Assembly (NCBI GenBank): GCA_965246745.1
Contig: OZ251980.1
Location: 1,444,280 to 1,508,279, forward strand
Source of the DNA: Capsulimonadaceae bacterium
Lineage (GTDB): Bacteria; Armatimonadota; Armatimonadia; Armatimonadales; Capsulimonadaceae
Direction: 5' to 3'
Length of the DNA: 64,000 nucleotides
Below, piece by piece: positions 62,391 through 64,000 of the stretch. Position 1 is the first letter of the stretch, and the number at the start of each line of letters is the position of its first letter. The position numbers and the translations under genes were made by a program. The notes below the pieces were generated by a model. It saw only the letters and a list, made by a program, of their open reading frames with translations, made no database searches and was not told the DNA's origin.

Positions 62391-64000
62391 TTATTCTCCT
62401 GTCAGCACCGTCGAGGTCAGGTCCACGGCGGACGATGCGCTGCCCCACATGGCCCGGTCGGCCCAAACGGAGCTGCCCCACATGGCGCGGCTGGCCGACG
62501 GGTCATTGCTGCCCCACATGGCGCGGCTGAAAGTCAGTGCGCTGGACCCCCACATCGCGCGGTCGGCGCTGACCGACGCGCTGCCCCACATGGCGCGGCT
62601 GCCCCACATGGCCCGCAGGTCGGTCACTCCCGTGCCCCACAGGCTCGATCCCCACATCGCGCGGCCCATCACCACCGAAACGCTGCCGTCGGTGTTCAGC
62701 GCAAGCGCCGGGGACACCGCCGGTCCCAGCGCGGTCGCTTTGGACGACAGGGCGGCGGGAATGTTCAGGTAGCCCGCGCCGTAGGTCAGCGGGTCCTCGG
62801 TGCCGTCGGGCGCATACCACTTGTCGGCGGACAGCATCAAGCGGGCCTTGATCGTGTCGGGGGTCAGCGACGGGTCGGCTTGCAGCATCAGCGCCGCTGC
62901 GCCGGAAACGACGGGAGCGGCCATGGAAGTCCCCGACAGCCGGAAGTAGTCGGCGGAGTTGCCGTTTAGAAGGCTTTGGGAGGTCGGCGACGGGATCACA
63001 TAGCAGCTATACGGAATATCGTTCGCCCCGCCGGCATAGTTGTCCAAAGTCGAGCCGTGGGCATCCAGCGAGATCACTTTGTTGCCCGGCGCGATGATGT
63101 CGGGCTTCATCACCAGGTCCAGACGGCTCGGCCCCCGGCTGGAATAAGTGGCGATTTTGTCGTTGCTGCGATTGCCGTCGGTGCTTTTGGTCGCGCCGAC
63201 CGTGATCACAAACGGATCGTTGCCGGGGCTTTGGATGGAGCCGTAAGCCGTGCCCCAGCCTTCGTTGTCTTTGCCCGGCGTGTTGGTGCAGCCGCTGGTC
63301 CGTCCCTGATTGCCGGCGGCGCAGACGACGACGATTTTGGCCTGCCACAACGCTTCGGCGGCCTGGCAGATCGGGTCGGTGGTGTAGGACTCGCTGACCG
63401 GGTGGCCGAGCGAAAGATTGACGACCCGGATCGGTGCTTTTTTGTCGTCATTTTGGTGACGCAGCACCCATTGCAGGCCGCTGACGACGGTGGAAACCGT
63501 GGAGCCGCCGTCCTGGTCGAGCACCCGGACATCCACCAGGCCGGCATCCGGCGCGATGCCCATAAACGTGTGCGTGCAGACAGGAATGGAGAACAGGGGG
63601 GACAGCGGGAACGCCTGCGGCGAGCGGCTGCCGTTGCCGCCGATGATTCCGGCGACGTGGGTGCCGTGCCCGCAGGGGTCGGCGGCGTTGCTGCTGGATA
63701 CTCCGAGCGGCAGGCCGCTGAGGGCAACGTTTTTATCGTTTTTGTCGTTTCCTTTGCCGCTGTTCTTTTTGCCGAACAGCGAGCCGCTCACCGAGCCGCT
63801 CGGCAGCGGCGTTGAAAGGTTGACGCTTTGGGAAACGCGCGATTTGGCGAGGTTGAAATAATCGTCATGGCCGGTGCTGAGGTCTGCGACCGGCGAGACG
63901 CCGCTGTCAACCACCGCCACGGTGATGCCGGCTCCGGTGAGCTTGTAGGTCTGCGGATTTTTGCCTTTTTTGTCGTAGGTGGTGACGAATGCCTGGGAAG
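62391..64000 (-). CDS. S8-family subtilisin-like serine peptidase with C-terminal tandem RAMWGS repeats; the 5' end runs beyond the window edge
   Basis: The catalytic triad motifs are VAVVDSGV (Asp), HGTHVAGIIGG (His) and GTSMAAPVVSGAAAL (Ser). The reading frame stays open through position 64000 (…FVTTYDKKGKNPQTYKLTGAGITVAVVDSG). Confidence 0.85.
   Translation of the reverse strand, partial: SQAFVTTYDKKGKNPQTYKLTGAGITVAVVDSGVSPVADLSTGHDDYFNLAKSRVSQSVNLSTPLPSGSVSGSLFGKKNSGKGNDKNDKNVALSGLPLGVSSSNAADPCGHGTHVAGIIGGNGSRSPQAFPLSPLFSIPVCTHTFMGIAPDAGLVDVRVLDQDGGSTVSTVVSGLQWVLRHQNDDKKAPIRVVNLSLGHPVSESYTTDPICQAAEALWQAKIVVVCAAGNQGRTSGCTNTPGKDNEGWGTAYGSIQSPGNDPFVITVGATKSTDGNRSNDKIATYSSRGPSRLDLVMKPDIIAPGNKVISLDAHGSTLDNYAGGANDIPYSCYVIPSPTSQSLLNGNSADYFRLSGTSMAAPVVSGAAALMLQADPSLTPDTIKARLMLSADKWYAPDGTEDPLTYGAGYLNIPAALSSKATALGPAVSPALALNTDGSVSVVMGRAMWGSSLWGTGVTDLRAMWGSRAMWGSASVSADRAMWGSSALTFSRAMWGSNDPSASRAMWGSSVWADRAMWGSASSAVDLTSTVLTGE

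Noticed and set aside
62976-63815. 279 aa plus-strand ORF over the S8 peptidase
   Set aside because: It is antisense to a gene with a full Asp/His/Ser subtilase triad.

Overview
This 64 kb window is high-GC bacterial chromosome (about 68-70% GC by eye) with two clearly lower-GC (about 42-55%) insertions between roughly 28.3-31.0 kb and 33.8-45.3 kb.

The native backbone, in window order:
- 2.1-11.6 kb: a complete Tad/Flp type IVb pilus locus, all on the minus strand (two flp pilins, prepilin peptidase, tadE, tadG, cpaB, the cpaC secretin, cpaE, cpaF, tadB, tadC).
- 11.8-12.6 kb: a PIN/AbrB type II toxin-antitoxin pair with a palindromic operator.
- 12.7-15.0 kb: a multi-sensor PAS/GAF HD-GYP phosphodiesterase.
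- 15.1-18.7 kb: an ECF sigma factor, an anti-sigma factor and an outer-membrane beta-barrel protein.
- 18.9-19.7 kb: a PP2C phosphatase.
- 19.7-28.3 kb: an exopolysaccharide/O-antigen-like operon (two GT2 glycosyltransferases, two hexapeptide acyltransferases, a Wzx flippase, a Wzy/ligase-like protein and a GH44-like glycoside hydrolase).
- 45.3-64.0 kb: housekeeping and accessory genes, including GlnE, S9 and S8 peptidases, a PEP-CTERM protein, a NERD protein, SdpR/SdpI, an SP-lyase-like radical SAM protein, LptF/G and Lnt.

The first insertion carries three canonical integron attC sites (GCCTAAC...GTTAGGC, about 103 bp each) that separate small minus-strand cassette ORFs (an HNH endonuclease, a Cys-rich protein, an ankyrin protein and an acidic protein). 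No integrase is present in the window, so it looks like a CALIN-type cassette array.

A native NfeD/flotillin gene pair (31.0-33.7 kb) sits between the two insertions.

The second insertion is bracketed by two copies of a ~125 bp structured repeat carrying UUCG-type hairpins. It contains:
- Rpn/DUF4351 gene remnants;
- a HicAB toxin-antitoxin pair plus an extra, unannotated HicB-like ORF;
- an AT-rich three-gene operon (403, 96 and 244 aa) with no recognisable domains, the best candidate for a novel defence or accessory system;
- an XRE regulator, an FxLYD protein and an FAD/FeS oxidoreductase;
- a frameshifted DUF433 gene;
- a low-GC YprA/MrfA-like DEAD/DEAH helicase.

Separately, a family of GC-rich palindromic elements (terminal inverted repeats of the form GCCCCCCCGCCCCAAT..TGGGGAG) occurs three times. 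Each copy lies inside a coding sequence and is read through in frame: once in the N-terminus of a GT2 glycosyltransferase and twice in Lnt. This resembles Rickettsia RPEs.

I found no rRNA or CRISPR array, and no convincing tRNA.
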